Shown: positions 22,868 through 32,295 of the stretch, in pieces
Position numbering within the stretch: position 1 is the first letter of the stretch
Layout of the letters: each line of letters starts with the position of its first letter
Notes under the pieces: model-generated
Seen by the model: the letters and a program-made list of their open reading frames with translations, nothing else
What the model was told of the DNA's origin: nothing
Databases searched by the model: none
Origin: a virus
DNA length: 64,000 nt
Direction: 5' to 3' (one strand)
IMG/VR virus record: IMGVR_UViG_3300030339_000006
Program-made: the position numbers and the translations under genes

Positions 22868-23099
22868 GGAAACTACCGGCCCTCATGGCTTCGTCTCAGG
22901 GCAGCGTCTGGACCTGGACGACCACCCGAACCGCATAACGGAGATCGTCAACGACATCATCGGGGCTCTTGCCATAGAAGAAGATCCTGACGAACTCGGG
23001 GATGTGATCGACGAGCTCAACGACGGGATCGATAACGGTGAGAACGTTCGCACGGAAATCGGCCCATGGGAAATCGAACTGTTAGTGGTGGACGAATGA
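22830..23099 (+). CDS. acidic hypothetical protein
   Basis: GGAGG RBS. Confidence 0.65.
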   Translation: MLVTLQIDHEDGEETTGPHGFVSGQRLDLDDHPNRITEIVNDIIGALAIEEDPDELGDVIDELNDGIDNGENVRTEIGPWEIELLVVDE

Positions 23100-23389
23100 A
23101 GGTCCTTGGCGGGGACTTCATCATCGAGCTGAAGGGCAACGGGTTAGTCAAATTCAACCTGTTCGGCCAGAGCCTCGACCACGTGGTACTTCGTGGTAAA
23201 TTCCGCGACGTCACCAAGGACCTCGGCAGTGTGACACTCCAAACGATCGGCGACCAGGATTACGCCGCGTTTGATGCACAGTTAGAAGAGTTCTTGGAGA
23301 AGGTCGAAGAGGCCGACGAGTACTCCTTCCAGTTCGGCGGCCAGCCGTCCGAGCAGTGGCCCATCTTGATCTGTCAGTATATTAAGTGA
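23096..23389 (+). CDS. hypothetical protein
   Basis: ATGA coupling. Confidence 0.6.
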   Translation: MKVLGGDFIIELKGNGLVKFNLFGQSLDHVVLRGKFRDVTKDLGSVTLQTIGDQDYAAFDAQLEEFLEKVEEADEYSFQFGGQPSEQWPILICQYIK

Positions 23390-23577
23390 AATTAATCATA
23401 AAGAGCGCCAGGACGGTGCTCTTTACTGCTAATGGAGTTGAAGAAGCCCTTAAGTTATTGGATCAGGATTTCGAGGAGCCTCTAGCGGTGGCCGCTATGG
23501 TCTCGTGGCTCCATCGATATCCCGAATCACCTCACGCCATTTACGGCAAGTTAACCTTCATGTGGACACGACTATGA
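23386..23577 (+). CDS. hypothetical protein
   Basis: GTGA coupling. Confidence 0.55.
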   Translation: MKLIIKSARTVLFTANGVEEALKLLDQDFEEPLAVAAMVSWLHRYPESPHAIYGKLTFMWTRL

Positions 23578-23978
23578 AAATCACTGACGTTACCTACTAC
23601 GTTGCCCGCGGTATCTTCTACGGGTACTCTCAGGAATCTATCCAAAACTTTATTCTTCGTGGCTACTGCGTAGAAAACCAATTGGTGATCGATATTCCTT
23701 CACCGACGGGAACTCTCTTTGAAGGTATGGGTTGGATTCCCTCCGAGAAAGAGCTCGGGTTGGACCCGCAGGAAGTCATCCGCTTGATCAACTTCCGCCG
23801 CATCTACAGCGTACCTTTCGGGGAGCACGCGGAGGATCTGGATCCCGAGGATATCGAGTTTGGAAAATACACCATGGTCCTCATGAAGCCTGGACTGTCC
23901 CGGTCTTTGGTCCAGAATATGGCTGCAGCGATCATCCTCCAAATGGCCACCCGCGGCTATGCACTGGAGGACGCGTGA
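23574..23978 (+). CDS. hypothetical protein
   Basis: ATGA coupling. Confidence 0.6.
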   Translation: MKITDVTYYVARGIFYGYSQESIQNFILRGYCVENQLVIDIPSPTGTLFEGMGWIPSEKELGLDPQEVIRLINFRRIYSVPFGEHAEDLDPEDIEFGKYTMVLMKPGLSRSLVQNMAAAIILQMATRGYALEDA

Positions 23979-24328
23979 ACCTCCATCAAGCCGTGCTGAA
24001 GTTAAACGGAGACGATGACGTGCAGTGGGAACTGGAAGGTATCCAGCAGACCCGCTTCACGATCATCTTCCGCGGGGCCGATCTCGATGCGATGCTCTAC
24101 CGCGTCAATGACGTCCTCCGTTCATTCACCGTCGTGCCCAACCCTGCCGCTAAACCAGACGTTCAAGCAGGCTACCTGGAAGCGGCCAAGAAGATGCTCT
24201 GGGATATCCGCTGCCTGATTCATCAGCAGGGGAAGGATGGGGATGTCGCCACCGGTGGCAATATCTGTTCGTCCTGGGAGCTGTACACCATGCCTGACGT
24301 CCTTGCAGATAGGATCTACAAAGTATGA
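23975..24328 (+). CDS. hypothetical protein
   Basis: GGAGG RBS, GTG start. Confidence 0.6.
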   Translation: MNLHQAVLKLNGDDDVQWELEGIQQTRFTIIFRGADLDAMLYRVNDVLRSFTVVPNPAAKPDVQAGYLEAAKKMLWDIRCLIHQQGKDGDVATGGNICSSWELYTMPDVLADRIYKV

Positions 24329-24525
24329 AAAGAGAAATCGTTGAGATATGCCGACCGGGGTGGTGCTGTCCTGGCCACGATAAGTATCCTGGAGATACCT
24401 ACCGGAGCAATCGCTCCAAGCGGGCCCGTGCCCGGGATATCAAGAAAGAACACCGTCACGTCCGTCGAGTTGTCAAAGGGCGTACCCGTAAAGAAGCATT
24501 AGCAGCATTAGGAGAATTGAAATGA
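24325..24525 (+). CDS. small Arg/Lys-rich protein with CCPGHD
   Basis: ATGA coupling; very basic. Confidence 0.6.
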   Translation: MKREIVEICRPGWCCPGHDKYPGDTYRSNRSKRARARDIKKEHRHVRRVVKGRTRKEALAALGELK

Positions 24526-25010
24526 CACACGCAGCGAATTGGCGAGAAGAAGGCAAAGAAGATCCTCACGGTAATCACTACAACAAAGAGCGCAGCAGTC
24601 TCGCTCTGGGGGATATGACGGACGACGAGTTGGCCAATGCCGTTTTCCTCTACGGTGATACTATGCCGAATATGAATGACGTTATTGCCGGCAAGGCTAG
24701 GATGCCGATCGCCTACCTGACGGCCGCTAAGGAGCGTATCCGCTGGCTGTCCCGTCGTCTGGAGAGCAAGTTGGGATCCAAGGCTTCCGACCTTCTGTGG
24801 AACAATCGTGATGACGGTCGACTGCCAGGTGGGCAGACGTGGAAGGACTTCGAGTTGGTCCCGCTGTTTGGTGGCCAGACCTGTGCACCAGAAGAAGCCG
24901 ACACGTATCGCCTGTGTGGTGTCACTTCAACGGTTACTTACTGGCTTCATACCTGCTCATCTTACTCAGAGGCTCTGGAACGTATGACCGTTCTGGAGAA
25001 ACTGCGTTGA
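24522..25010 (+). CDS. hypothetical protein
   Basis: AGGAG RBS; LTDDELAN...AAKERIRWLSR. Confidence 0.7.
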   Translation: MTHAANWREEGKEDPHGNHYNKERSSLALGDMTDDELANAVFLYGDTMPNMNDVIAGKARMPIAYLTAAKERIRWLSRRLESKLGSKASDLLWNNRDDGRLPGGQTWKDFELVPLFGGQTCAPEEADTYRLCGVTSTVTYWLHTCSSYSEALERMTVLEKLR

Positions 25011-25348
25011 TTCGCGGCAAACTCGTTATCGGGTCCTACGGGACCGGGAGCTTCACTCATGGCACCGTCACCCAAGACCAATTCGTCTTCATCATCTATG
25101 GAGGAACAGAAGAGGTCGTTACAGCGAGAGCGATTGAAATCCTTAAGGAAATCACAGGGGTCGCTAACCCCTACACTTCCGAGGCCTATCAAAGGGACTT
25201 TTCCGAGCTCCCCGCCGCCGTCCTTCAGAAACTCGACGAGGGTGAGGACTTTGGATTCTCTCTCGACTATGATCCGTATGAGAATGTTGCGGGAGCCAGC
25301 TGGAGAATGAAATCCCTGCATGGCGATCCCACCATTATCCTGGAGTAA
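25007..25348 (+). CDS. hypothetical protein
   Basis: TTG start, GGAG RBS. Confidence 0.55.
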   Translation: MIRGKLVIGSYGTGSFTHGTVTQDQFVFIIYGGTEEVVTARAIEILKEITGVANPYTSEAYQRDFSELPAAVLQKLDEGEDFGFSLDYDPYENVAGASWRMKSLHGDPTIILE

Positions 25349-25350
25349 TC

Positions 25351-25608
25351 ATGTACGCATTCTTCAGACTGAGTATGCCCAAGGTAAACTCCTGGGACGG
25401 AAAGTGGAGCGGCGAGGGTAAGAACCTTGTCGCAAAGGCCCCGGTCCAGAACGATGACCTGATCGGCCGGTCCTTCCTGCATGACTTCGGGGATGGCTGG
25501 GTGGCCCAGGTCACCGTTTCCCTTAACGACACCGCCGAAGGTTCCGATGGGTTCTTCGGGTATGAGTGGATGATCACTTCATTGATTGAACACGGAGAAA
25601 TACGATGA
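25351..25608 (+). CDS. hypothetical protein
   Basis: SWDGKWSG...DFGDGW...GF.GYEWMI conserved-looking. Confidence 0.65.
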   Translation: MYAFFRLSMPKVNSWDGKWSGEGKNLVAKAPVQNDDLIGRSFLHDFGDGWVAQVTVSLNDTAEGSDGFFGYEWMITSLIEHGEIR

Positions 25609-25949
25609 GACACGTAGGCCTATTGACCTTCATCAGTTTCGACCAAGTGACCTGGCATTACAAGACGATCGAGCGGGACATCCGCAAGAGCATACTGAAG
25701 ATTCAAATTGAAGCACCGACGAAAGACAAGCTGCAGGAAACTGCCCTCGCAGTAATGGGTGCGGTTTCTGTTGAGTATGTCCACTTCAGTCTTGACCGTT
25801 CGGATGTTGACGGGTTGCTCAAAGAGATCACCGAAGACATCCCTCGCTTCGATTCGCGAACGGCGAGCATGGAGGAAGGCGCCATCAGCGTTAACTGGCG
25901 GTATACTGTCGTCGATGATCGCATCTGTGACGTGATCATTATCAAATAA
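25605..25949 (+). CDS. hypothetical protein
   Basis: GGAG RBS, ATGA coupling. Confidence 0.6.
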   Translation: MRHVGLLTFISFDQVTWHYKTIERDIRKSILKIQIEAPTKDKLQETALAVMGAVSVEYVHFSLDRSDVDGLLKEITEDIPRFDSRTASMEEGAISVNWRYTVVDDRICDVIIIK

Positions 25950-26014
25950 CTACCGGAATCCCGGTATAACTAAGTTGTAGCAATCGCTATCATTAACTTT
26001 AAAAGGAAAATCCC

Positions 26015-26470
26015 ATGGGTCTGTTGTCAATGTTCAAGAAAGCTGTTTCAGGTGCTGCTAACGATGCGTCAACCAAACTGGCACGTCGCGAGAACAAGGA
26101 AGTAGTGGAAGCGGTAGTCTACGGCTGTATCATGATGGCACACGCCGACGGCACTCTGGGTGACGACGAACTGGCAAACATCAGCCTGCAGCTGGAAAAC
26201 AACGAAATCTTCAACGGCTTCCCGCCGGCTGAACTGGGTGCCATGATCGAGAAAGCTTGTAGCCTGTACAAAATGGGCAAGCTGATGGGTGACACCAAGT
26301 GCATGAATCAGATCAAAGACGTTAAGAAAGATCCGAAGAATGCTGAAGAAGTGCTGGTGGCCGTTCTGACCGTTGCCTTCGCTGACGGCGACTTCTCCGC
26401 AACTGAACGTGCCTGTGCTGAGAAGATCTCTCTGGCTCTCGGCCTGCGTCTGAAAGACTATGCTGAATAA
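26015..26470 (+). CDS. terB: TerB-family tellurite-resistance-like protein
   Basis: AHADG...E and AFADG.F...ER...I...LGL duplicated motif. Confidence 0.85.
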   Translation: MGLLSMFKKAVSGAANDASTKLARRENKEVVEAVVYGCIMMAHADGTLGDDELANISLQLENNEIFNGFPPAELGAMIEKACSLYKMGKLMGDTKCMNQIKDVKKDPKNAEEVLVAVLTVAFADGDFSATERACAEKISLALGLRLKDYAE

Positions 26471-26618
26471 GGGCAAGTTGCTCCTGGCGGCGGCCTTTGC
26501 AGTCGCTGCTGTCCTCGTGGACTTCACGAGTAAAATGCTCTCGGTTGTCTCTGACGGACTTTTCATTGGTGTTGCCGCCTTCTTGGTGTGGCAAGTCTTG
26601 AAAAGCCCGCGGAGATAA
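26460..26618 (+). CDS. small membrane protein after terB
   Basis: Hand-translated MLNKGKLLLAAAF...VDFTSKMLSVVSDG. Confidence 0.55.
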   Translation: MLNKGKLLLAAAFAVAAVLVDFTSKMLSVVSDGLFIGVAAFLVWQVLKSPRR

Positions 26619-26621
26619 CGA

Positions 26622-26648
26622 AAGGCCCTTCGGGGCCTTTTCTTTTTA
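26622..26648 (+). terminator. rho-independent terminator
   Basis: AAGGCCC-TTCG-GGGCCTT + T-tract. Confidence 0.75.
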
Positions 26649-26684
26649 GGCGAGTAAAATAGGAATCCAACCATAGGAGTCACA

Positions 26685-27080
26685 ATGAACACTAACCATA
26701 TGCTGTACGCGGATTTTGCACACGCTGACTACACTGCTCAGGGTATCACTATTCCGTTCGATGAGTGGACTGAAGACAATTACTGGGTGAACGCACCGGT
26801 TCCTGATAACATCACTTACATTGAGCGTGTATTCTTCATGACCGATGATGAGTGGGGTTTCCCTTGGCAGTTGGCCGGAGAAGGCCCAACCTACGTTCGC
26901 GGTCAGTTCAGTCAGACGGATGGCCAGTGGTCAATCTATCTGGGTGATCAGGACCAAGATCAGTTCAGCCGCGACTTCCCGGATGAAGCCAGTGCTCGTG
27001 CCGTTTGGGATCACATGCTGAACTCCGACACGGTTACCCAAGAATCTATTGATTGGGTGCCGGATGCTGAAACCGAGTGA
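26685..27080 (+). CDS. hypothetical protein (MNTNH / A..WD.L family)
   Basis: AGGAG RBS; paralog of 28377. Confidence 0.65.
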   Translation: MNTNHMLYADFAHADYTAQGITIPFDEWTEDNYWVNAPVPDNITYIERVFFMTDDEWGFPWQLAGEGPTYVRGQFSQTDGQWSIYLGDQDQDQFSRDFPDEASARAVWDHMLNSDTVTQESIDWVPDAETE

Positions 27081-27474
27081 GTTCATAAAGCTCCAGGTGA
27101 AGCACGATAAAGTGAGGATCCGGGAGATCATGAAACGTCGGAGCCACAAGATCGGAAAGGGTGACATGGAACGTTACCTTTCTGACCACGAACACCGTGA
27201 CTGGGAGCTTCGTGCCGGCTACTTTGAAGTTACCGACGATTGGTACCCTCCCTACTCTATCCCCACTCTCCCCGAACGTTACATGCGAGCCAGCCTCCGA
27301 GCCAGTTATGAGGGCATGCATGAAGTATACGTTAGCGGGGCCGATGATCACAACCACACTTATCACTTTGCCAGCCTACTCGAAGCCGAGACTTTCTGGG
27401 ACCTCCTGGTCGCTGAAGGCCCGCTCGAATCCTTGATGATTGACTTGATCTACGAACCTTTCTACCCGTGGTAA
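27064..27474 (+). CDS. hypothetical protein (A..WD.L family)
   Basis: FASLLEAETFWDLL. Confidence 0.55.
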   Translation: MLKPSEFIKLQVKHDKVRIREIMKRRSHKIGKGDMERYLSDHEHRDWELRAGYFEVTDDWYPPYSIPTLPERYMRASLRASYEGMHEVYVSGADDHNHTYHFASLLEAETFWDLLVAEGPLESLMIDLIYEPFYPW

Positions 27475-27497
27475 AATACCTTTAGAGGTATTGAACT

Positions 27498-27854
27498 ATG
27501 AAGATAACGTGGAACACAGACAGCATCAAAGAACTGATCCCTGAAATGAACACTTTACTGTCGAACTTCAACTGTGAAGTGGAAGTGGATCGTTACGGTT
27601 TCAGCCGTAACTGTATGGATCGCTCGGGTGCGAGGGTCTCTTGGAATGTACTCGAGGCCAATGGATTGGTATACTTACTGAATCGGACGATTCTGCATCC
27701 CTGTGGCTACTCTCTGTATCTACGGGATGGGGTATCTCCGGGGTTCTTCGTGATGGAGGATGACGAGCTGAAATACTCGCTCGACACCATTCGTCATTAC
27801 GAACGGATCCTCTCCTCGGTTCTCGAGGAGGAATACGCTAATCATTCCGATTAG
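27498..27854 (+). CDS. hypothetical protein
   Basis: GL...NRTILHP.G..L motif; GAGG RBS. Confidence 0.6.
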   Translation: MKITWNTDSIKELIPEMNTLLSNFNCEVEVDRYGFSRNCMDRSGARVSWNVLEANGLVYLLNRTILHPCGYSLYLRDGVSPGFFVMEDDELKYSLDTIRHYERILSSVLEEEYANHSD

Positions 27855-27900
27855 GGTATAAGTAAAGGGAGAGCAATTAAGCTCTCCGGGAGAGGTGTTA

Positions 27901-28344
27901 ATGAAATGTCTTCTGACTATTTCACTCCTGCTCGGGCTGTTCGCGGGTAACGCTGCGGCAGCACCAAGCATCTGTAAGAAAGAGCCACTAGCATGTAACG
28001 TGTATTTCGAATCTCGAGGTGAGAAAGAAAAGGGTCAATACGCAGTCGCGTTTGTCTCGGTGAACAGGCTTAAAAACGGTAGTTATGGCCAATCCATGCG
28101 ATCTGTTGTCTTCTCAAAGGGACAGTTCTCATGGACTAACAGCCGAGGGAAGATTAACGATCCCGAAGCATGGGCGAAGGCACGTGAGATCGCCCGAAAC
28201 GTACACCACTGGTCAAAGGACGACAAGCTTTACCGGAAGAAAGACCTCACGCGTGGGGCGCTGTACTTCCGTAAAGAGGGAACCTCCGTCCAGTGGAACA
28301 AGAAAGTGGTTGCCCGTATCGGCAAGCACATCTTCTATGCCTAA
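27901..28344 (+). CDS. SleB/Hydrolase_2 cell-wall hydrolase with signal peptide
   Basis: LACNVYFESRGE, GQ.AVA.V..NR, QFSW, GALYF, IGKHIFY. Confidence 0.9.
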   Translation: MKCLLTISLLLGLFAGNAAAAPSICKKEPLACNVYFESRGEKEKGQYAVAFVSVNRLKNGSYGQSMRSVVFSKGQFSWTNSRGKINDPEAWAKAREIARNVHHWSKDDKLYRKKDLTRGALYFRKEGTSVQWNKKVVARIGKHIFYA

Positions 28345-28376
28345 GCCCTCCGGGGCTTTTTTATTTTGGAGACTCC

Positions 28377-28757
28377 ATGAACACTAATCACGTACTCGCT
28401 TCTCAGGTTAACACCAAGACCAATGTGGTACGCTCGGCGTCCTCTCCGGCCCTATCCATGACCGTCTCGCTGACCTTCCAAGCGTCCAAACCAAAGGAAG
28501 ACGGCCCTATTTACTTCCGTACCGAGAATGCTGACGGCTATGACATCAGCGGCCTGACCGGCTATTACCTGTTGGGGTACATCGGCACGCGTCCGTCTAA
28601 CCTGAACATCACGACGATCACTCTCGTCGGCCCGAGCGGTGTAGCTCACTCACATGATGAGATCGACACCAACGTCGCTGCCCGGCTGTGGGATAAGTTG
28701 AAGTCCGGCAACGTCGTGGACATCACCGATCTCGGCGCCACTTACGTGGAGGTGTGA
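28377..28757 (+). CDS. hypothetical protein (MNTNH family)
   Basis: MNTNHVLAS...AARLWDKL. Confidence 0.65.
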   Translation: MNTNHVLASQVNTKTNVVRSASSPALSMTVSLTFQASKPKEDGPIYFRTENADGYDISGLTGYYLLGYIGTRPSNLNITTITLVGPSGVAHSHDEIDTNVAARLWDKLKSGNVVDITDLGATYVEV

Positions 28758-28942
28758 TGGACTACACCCAGGCCATGAGCCACCTGTACACCTCGGCGGT
28801 CACTCGCCGGGTTTACCCCGACAGTCGAATCATGCTACGTGACGGCGTGGTTCACATTCAATGGCACCGCCAGTTCCCCGGTACGACGCCCTGGACGCCG
28901 ACCCGAGAAGATCTGGAAGCAGAGGATTATTGCATCGTATGA
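28757..28942 (+). CDS. Tad2/DUF2829-like small protein
   Basis: M.Y.QA...V.R..Y...PWTPT..DLEAEDY.IV. Confidence 0.6.
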   Translation: MDYTQAMSHLYTSAVTRRVYPDSRIMLRDGVVHIQWHRQFPGTTPWTPTREDLEAEDYCIV

Positions 28943-29451
28943 ATCGCGTATGGATTTGGTCAGACTTACACCTGGGACACGCTAATATCCCGAAGTTCCG
29001 CTCCAAGATTAAGACCGTTGAGGAGAACACAGAGATTCTCGTGGAGAATTGGAAGCGGTTCATCAAGCCCGACGATACCGCGATCTTGGTCGGCGACGTG
29101 GCGATGACCCTTGACGCCCTGCAGATTATCGCTAAGCTCCCCGGTGAGAAGATCCTCGTGATCGGCAACCACGACACACAACGGGGTATCACACCGGTTG
29201 ATTTGGCAGGGGTGTACAAGAAGATCACCGGCTTGATCAACTATCCCGGCGGCTTCTGGATTTCCCACGCTCCGATTCACACCTGTGAGCTCTTCGGCAA
29301 GAAGAACATCCATGGTCACATGCACAACGCTGCGATTGCCGACCCTAACTATATCAACGTGAACGTCGATTACACCGACATGAAGCCGGTATTGATGGAT
29401 CACATCCGTTCAGGAGCCTACACCACTCATGAAAGACCGTCGCTTAAATAA
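28939..29451 (+). CDS. calcineurin-like metallophosphoesterase
   Basis: SDLHLGH, VGD, GNHD, SHAP, HGHMH. Confidence 0.9.
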   Translation: MNRVWIWSDLHLGHANIPKFRSKIKTVEENTEILVENWKRFIKPDDTAILVGDVAMTLDALQIIAKLPGEKILVIGNHDTQRGITPVDLAGVYKKITGLINYPGGFWISHAPIHTCELFGKKNIHGHMHNAAIADPNYINVNVDYTDMKPVLMDHIRSGAYTTHERPSLK

Positions 29452-29592
29452 CCCTCTGCCGCTCTTGATGGTGATGTACAGCGTTCCCGCCATGATCACC
29501 TACGCCTTCACCCGAGATACCCCGTTGTCGATTGACGTCGGCGGCCTGTGCATATTGGTTGGCGGCCTGATTTACTATAAAGTGAGATACAA

Positions 29593-29949
29593 ATGACGAT
29601 CATCCCGATCAGCGAAATCAACGTTGAGGACTTCCCCGATCTCCGAGAAGCCCTGGAGAATCTGGCCGGCAAGACCGACCACTTTATCGTCCTGCCCGAA
29701 GGCGGTAAAGGTTTCATCAGCAATCGCCGAGAGATCCGTAAGTGGTTTCCTCAGGCCTTCCCGTTGGCCTTCCATCAAGCTCTGGGTCTCATCAGTAAGA
29801 ACCCTAAGCTGTGTATGCGGAAGGGTGAATTCGAAGTGCACGTTGAGCACCACCACCTGTACATGAAAGAAAACCTGTGGAATCCACCCGTTGAGATTCT
29901 GCTCTCCCCCGACCTCGTTTGGTATTTAGGAACTCGCAATGAAAATTGA
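29593..29949 (+). CDS. hypothetical protein
   Basis: Phage-like codon usage, operon position. Confidence 0.55.
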   Translation: MTIIPISEINVEDFPDLREALENLAGKTDHFIVLPEGGKGFISNRREIRKWFPQAFPLAFHQALGLISKNPKLCMRKGEFEVHVEHHHLYMKENLWNPPVEILLSPDLVWYLGTRNEN

Positions 29950-30352
29950 TGTCCGCGTTCAAAAAGTTACTGCAGGCTTTCGCGTCATCCCAAAGAATGT
30001 ACAGGAAGCTGTCGATAAGATGTTGGCTAATGGTTCCAAGGATACATACTTGGTGCACGTGGAAGGCCTGAAGGACCCTCAGGTGACCAATCGTGCAGGC
30101 GTTATCCGTTGGTTCCCACTGATCGTTCCGCACTCCTTCCGGGATGCCGTTAAGTTTCTGGAAGACCCGAATCTGGTCATGCGTCAATACACCGCTCAAG
30201 AGGGAATCTCCTTGGTCGATGGCCGATTGACTCAGGCCGGTCAGTACTTCGTGGCCAGTATTCAAATGATGTTCAGCGAAGAGGAAGTCTGGTATGTATC
30301 GAATAAAGGGGCGGAACCGGATCACATCCCGACAGATCTCCGGCCGTTCTAA
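29939..30352 (+). CDS. hypothetical protein
   Basis: AGGA RBS, overlap with previous. Confidence 0.6.
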   Translation: MKIDVRVQKVTAGFRVIPKNVQEAVDKMLANGSKDTYLVHVEGLKDPQVTNRAGVIRWFPLIVPHSFRDAVKFLEDPNLVMRQYTAQEGISLVDGRLTQAGQYFVASIQMMFSEEEVWYVSNKGAEPDHIPTDLRPF

Positions 30353-30485
30353 AACCTGGTGTGGCAACTGCGACGCCAACTTAATGCACGCCGGTGAGCG
30401 CTGCAGCCGTTGTGGCTGGCGGTGGATCGGTCCGGCTAAGAAGAGAGACTATCTCTTTAAGGATCAACTTGAACATTCAAATTAG
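30294..30485 (+). CDS. small zinc-ribbon protein
   Basis: WCGNCD...CSRCG. Confidence 0.5.
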   Translation: MYRIKGRNRITSRQISGRSKTWCGNCDANLMHAGERCSRCGWRWIGPAKKRDYLFKDQLEHSN

Positions 30486-30622
30486 CGGTGGCTGGTGGTG
30501 GTGTGAACCCTGCCAGAGGAACCACTGTGAAGGGGGTGGCTGCCCGGTCACCTCTCCGCCGATCGACGAGGCCGACCTGGAACGTCGTATTCGTAAGCTG
30601 CAAGATCACTTTAAGGGTAAAA

Positions 30623-31327
30623 ATGAAGATCATCAGCAAGTTCCATGACTACTACGATACTGTCGCCGCCCACGGGGTGAGCGATGGGTATTACTTCCGC
30701 ACGCCGTCCATCCATCCTATCAGCGGGGCCAAGTATGAACCCTTCCTGGGGAACGGGATGCGACTGGGCAGCGAGTTTGACTACTCCGTGATTCTCTTCT
30801 GCGGGCAGGTCTTCCCGTGTATCCAGGTGAAGACCCTTCAGGAGCGTTACACGGTAACCCGTGGAGAGTTCTCGATCTTCAACATGGAGACCTACGACAA
30901 GTACCAGAAGTTGGTGCGGGAAGACCTTGGCTTCAAGGGCTCCCCGCGTTGGCCGGCCTTCCGCTCCAAGGCGGATTGGTTTGACCAAGTGAAGACCGAC
31001 CGTGACTCGATGGAGAAATACTTCGAAGGTCTGAACTCCCTGGACTCCGGCTTCATCCACCGGGAGCTGAACGCTCCGATCATCCACGTGCGTCACGAAC
31101 CTTCACGTAACTCCTACGGTCGCCGGGTCTTCGAGGCCAACCCTCAGTTGAAAGGCCTGGGGTTCCAGTCGGTCAAGGATCCCTTCACGGCGTACCAGGA
31201 GCTGGACTCTTACCTCTCCGGTGTGATGGGCGTCGAGACCCGGCCACCGGTCGAAATCTCCGACGTGCACCGTTTGGAAGGCCACGGGTTTGACAAGAAG
31301 ACTTCCTTCCGTAAAGGCAAATCGTAA
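30623..31327 (+). CDS. conserved phage hypothetical protein
   Basis: MKIISKFHDYYD...NPQL...F....DP..AYQE...HGFDKKTSFR. Confidence 0.75.
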   Translation: MKIISKFHDYYDTVAAHGVSDGYYFRTPSIHPISGAKYEPFLGNGMRLGSEFDYSVILFCGQVFPCIQVKTLQERYTVTRGEFSIFNMETYDKYQKLVREDLGFKGSPRWPAFRSKADWFDQVKTDRDSMEKYFEGLNSLDSGFIHRELNAPIIHVRHEPSRNSYGRRVFEANPQLKGLGFQSVKDPFTAYQELDSYLSGVMGVETRPPVEISDVHRLEGHGFDKKTSFRKGKS

Positions 31328-31388
31328 ATCCCGTTTTATCTCTACGTTCTGGTATAAGGATTGTAGAGAATAAACCGGAGAAACCTCT

Positions 31389-31910
31389 ATGTTCACCTTA
31401 ACTAATGCTGGTCTGAGTACTGTTATTCGTCTTGAAGATGTCACCGTTATCATTGCTCGCCGTCCCGCTAAGAGAGGGATGTTCCGTTATATCCCGATGG
31501 CTGATCTTCTGGCCATTGACCAACTCCTTACCGAAGAGCTATCCATTGATAACCTTGATCAATTCAAGCGTCTCTTCTCTGGGTATTGTCCAAAACGAGA
31601 AGCGGCACAGTACGTCCGCTGGTTCAGCACGGACCCTACTGCCCTGCTGAAATTACTGGAGTCAAAGAACATGTTGAAAGAAAAGGTGAAAGTCGAAGAC
31701 AACGTCCTGATGGACTATCGTCTGCGTGACGGTTACCGCATCACCCTGCAGAACATCGCCGGGACGCTGTATGTTGTCGAAGAAGAAAGAGGTTCAGAAA
31801 TCGGCAAGTCCAAGATGCTGACTCTGCGTGAAGGTCAATCTCACGTGAAGAAAGCAGTGGAAGCGATCGAAGAGCTGGAAGACGTATCCTTCCAGATTAT
31901 TAAAGCCTAA
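31389..31910 (+). CDS. hypothetical protein
   Basis: GGTATAAG promoter at 31351, GGAG RBS, terminator after. Confidence 0.7.
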   Translation: MFTLTNAGLSTVIRLEDVTVIIARRPAKRGMFRYIPMADLLAIDQLLTEELSIDNLDQFKRLFSGYCPKREAAQYVRWFSTDPTALLKLLESKNMLKEKVKVEDNVLMDYRLRDGYRITLQNIAGTLYVVEEERGSEIGKSKMLTLREGQSHVKKAVEAIEELEDVSFQIIKA

Positions 31911-31938
31911 GCCCTTCGGGGCTTTTTTAGGAGTCACT

Positions 31939-32295
31939 ATGAAATTCGGATGGATTGTTTTCTTCAAAAGAGATCCTGGTTATCTCAAAATGGCAGGAGA
32001 ATGTGCTTTTACCGTACCTAATCGTGCGGATGCACAAGTCTTCCCAGAGTACCCCGCACATACTCGTGAGCTTTTCGGAGGATCCGAGATTCTTGCCGTA
32101 TCCGTTGAACACAAGGTAGAGATCTGCGAAATGAACCACCACGTTGTTCGGGAAGGTGAATGCCTGCCAATCATCTGCGAGAACGCAGGGGTGCTCATGA
32201 GTGACGTGGTCAAGATTAACAACATCAAAGACCCCAACCTCATCTTCCCGAGTAGAGCCCTCATTCTTCCACCGCGAGGATTCCGTCTATGCTGA
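31939..32295 (+). CDS. LysM-domain protein
   Basis: HVVREGECL..I...GV....V..IN.I.DPNLIFP...L.LP. Confidence 0.75.
   Translation: MKFGWIVFFKRDPGYLKMAGECAFTVPNRADAQVFPEYPAHTRELFGGSEILAVSVEHKVEICEMNHHVVREGECLPIICENAGVLMSDVVKINNIKDPNLIFPSRALILPPRGFRLC

Noticed and set aside
22385-25949. Paralog family among these hypothetical ORFs
   Set aside because: Only a vague strand-helix resemblance; cannot be supported without profile alignment
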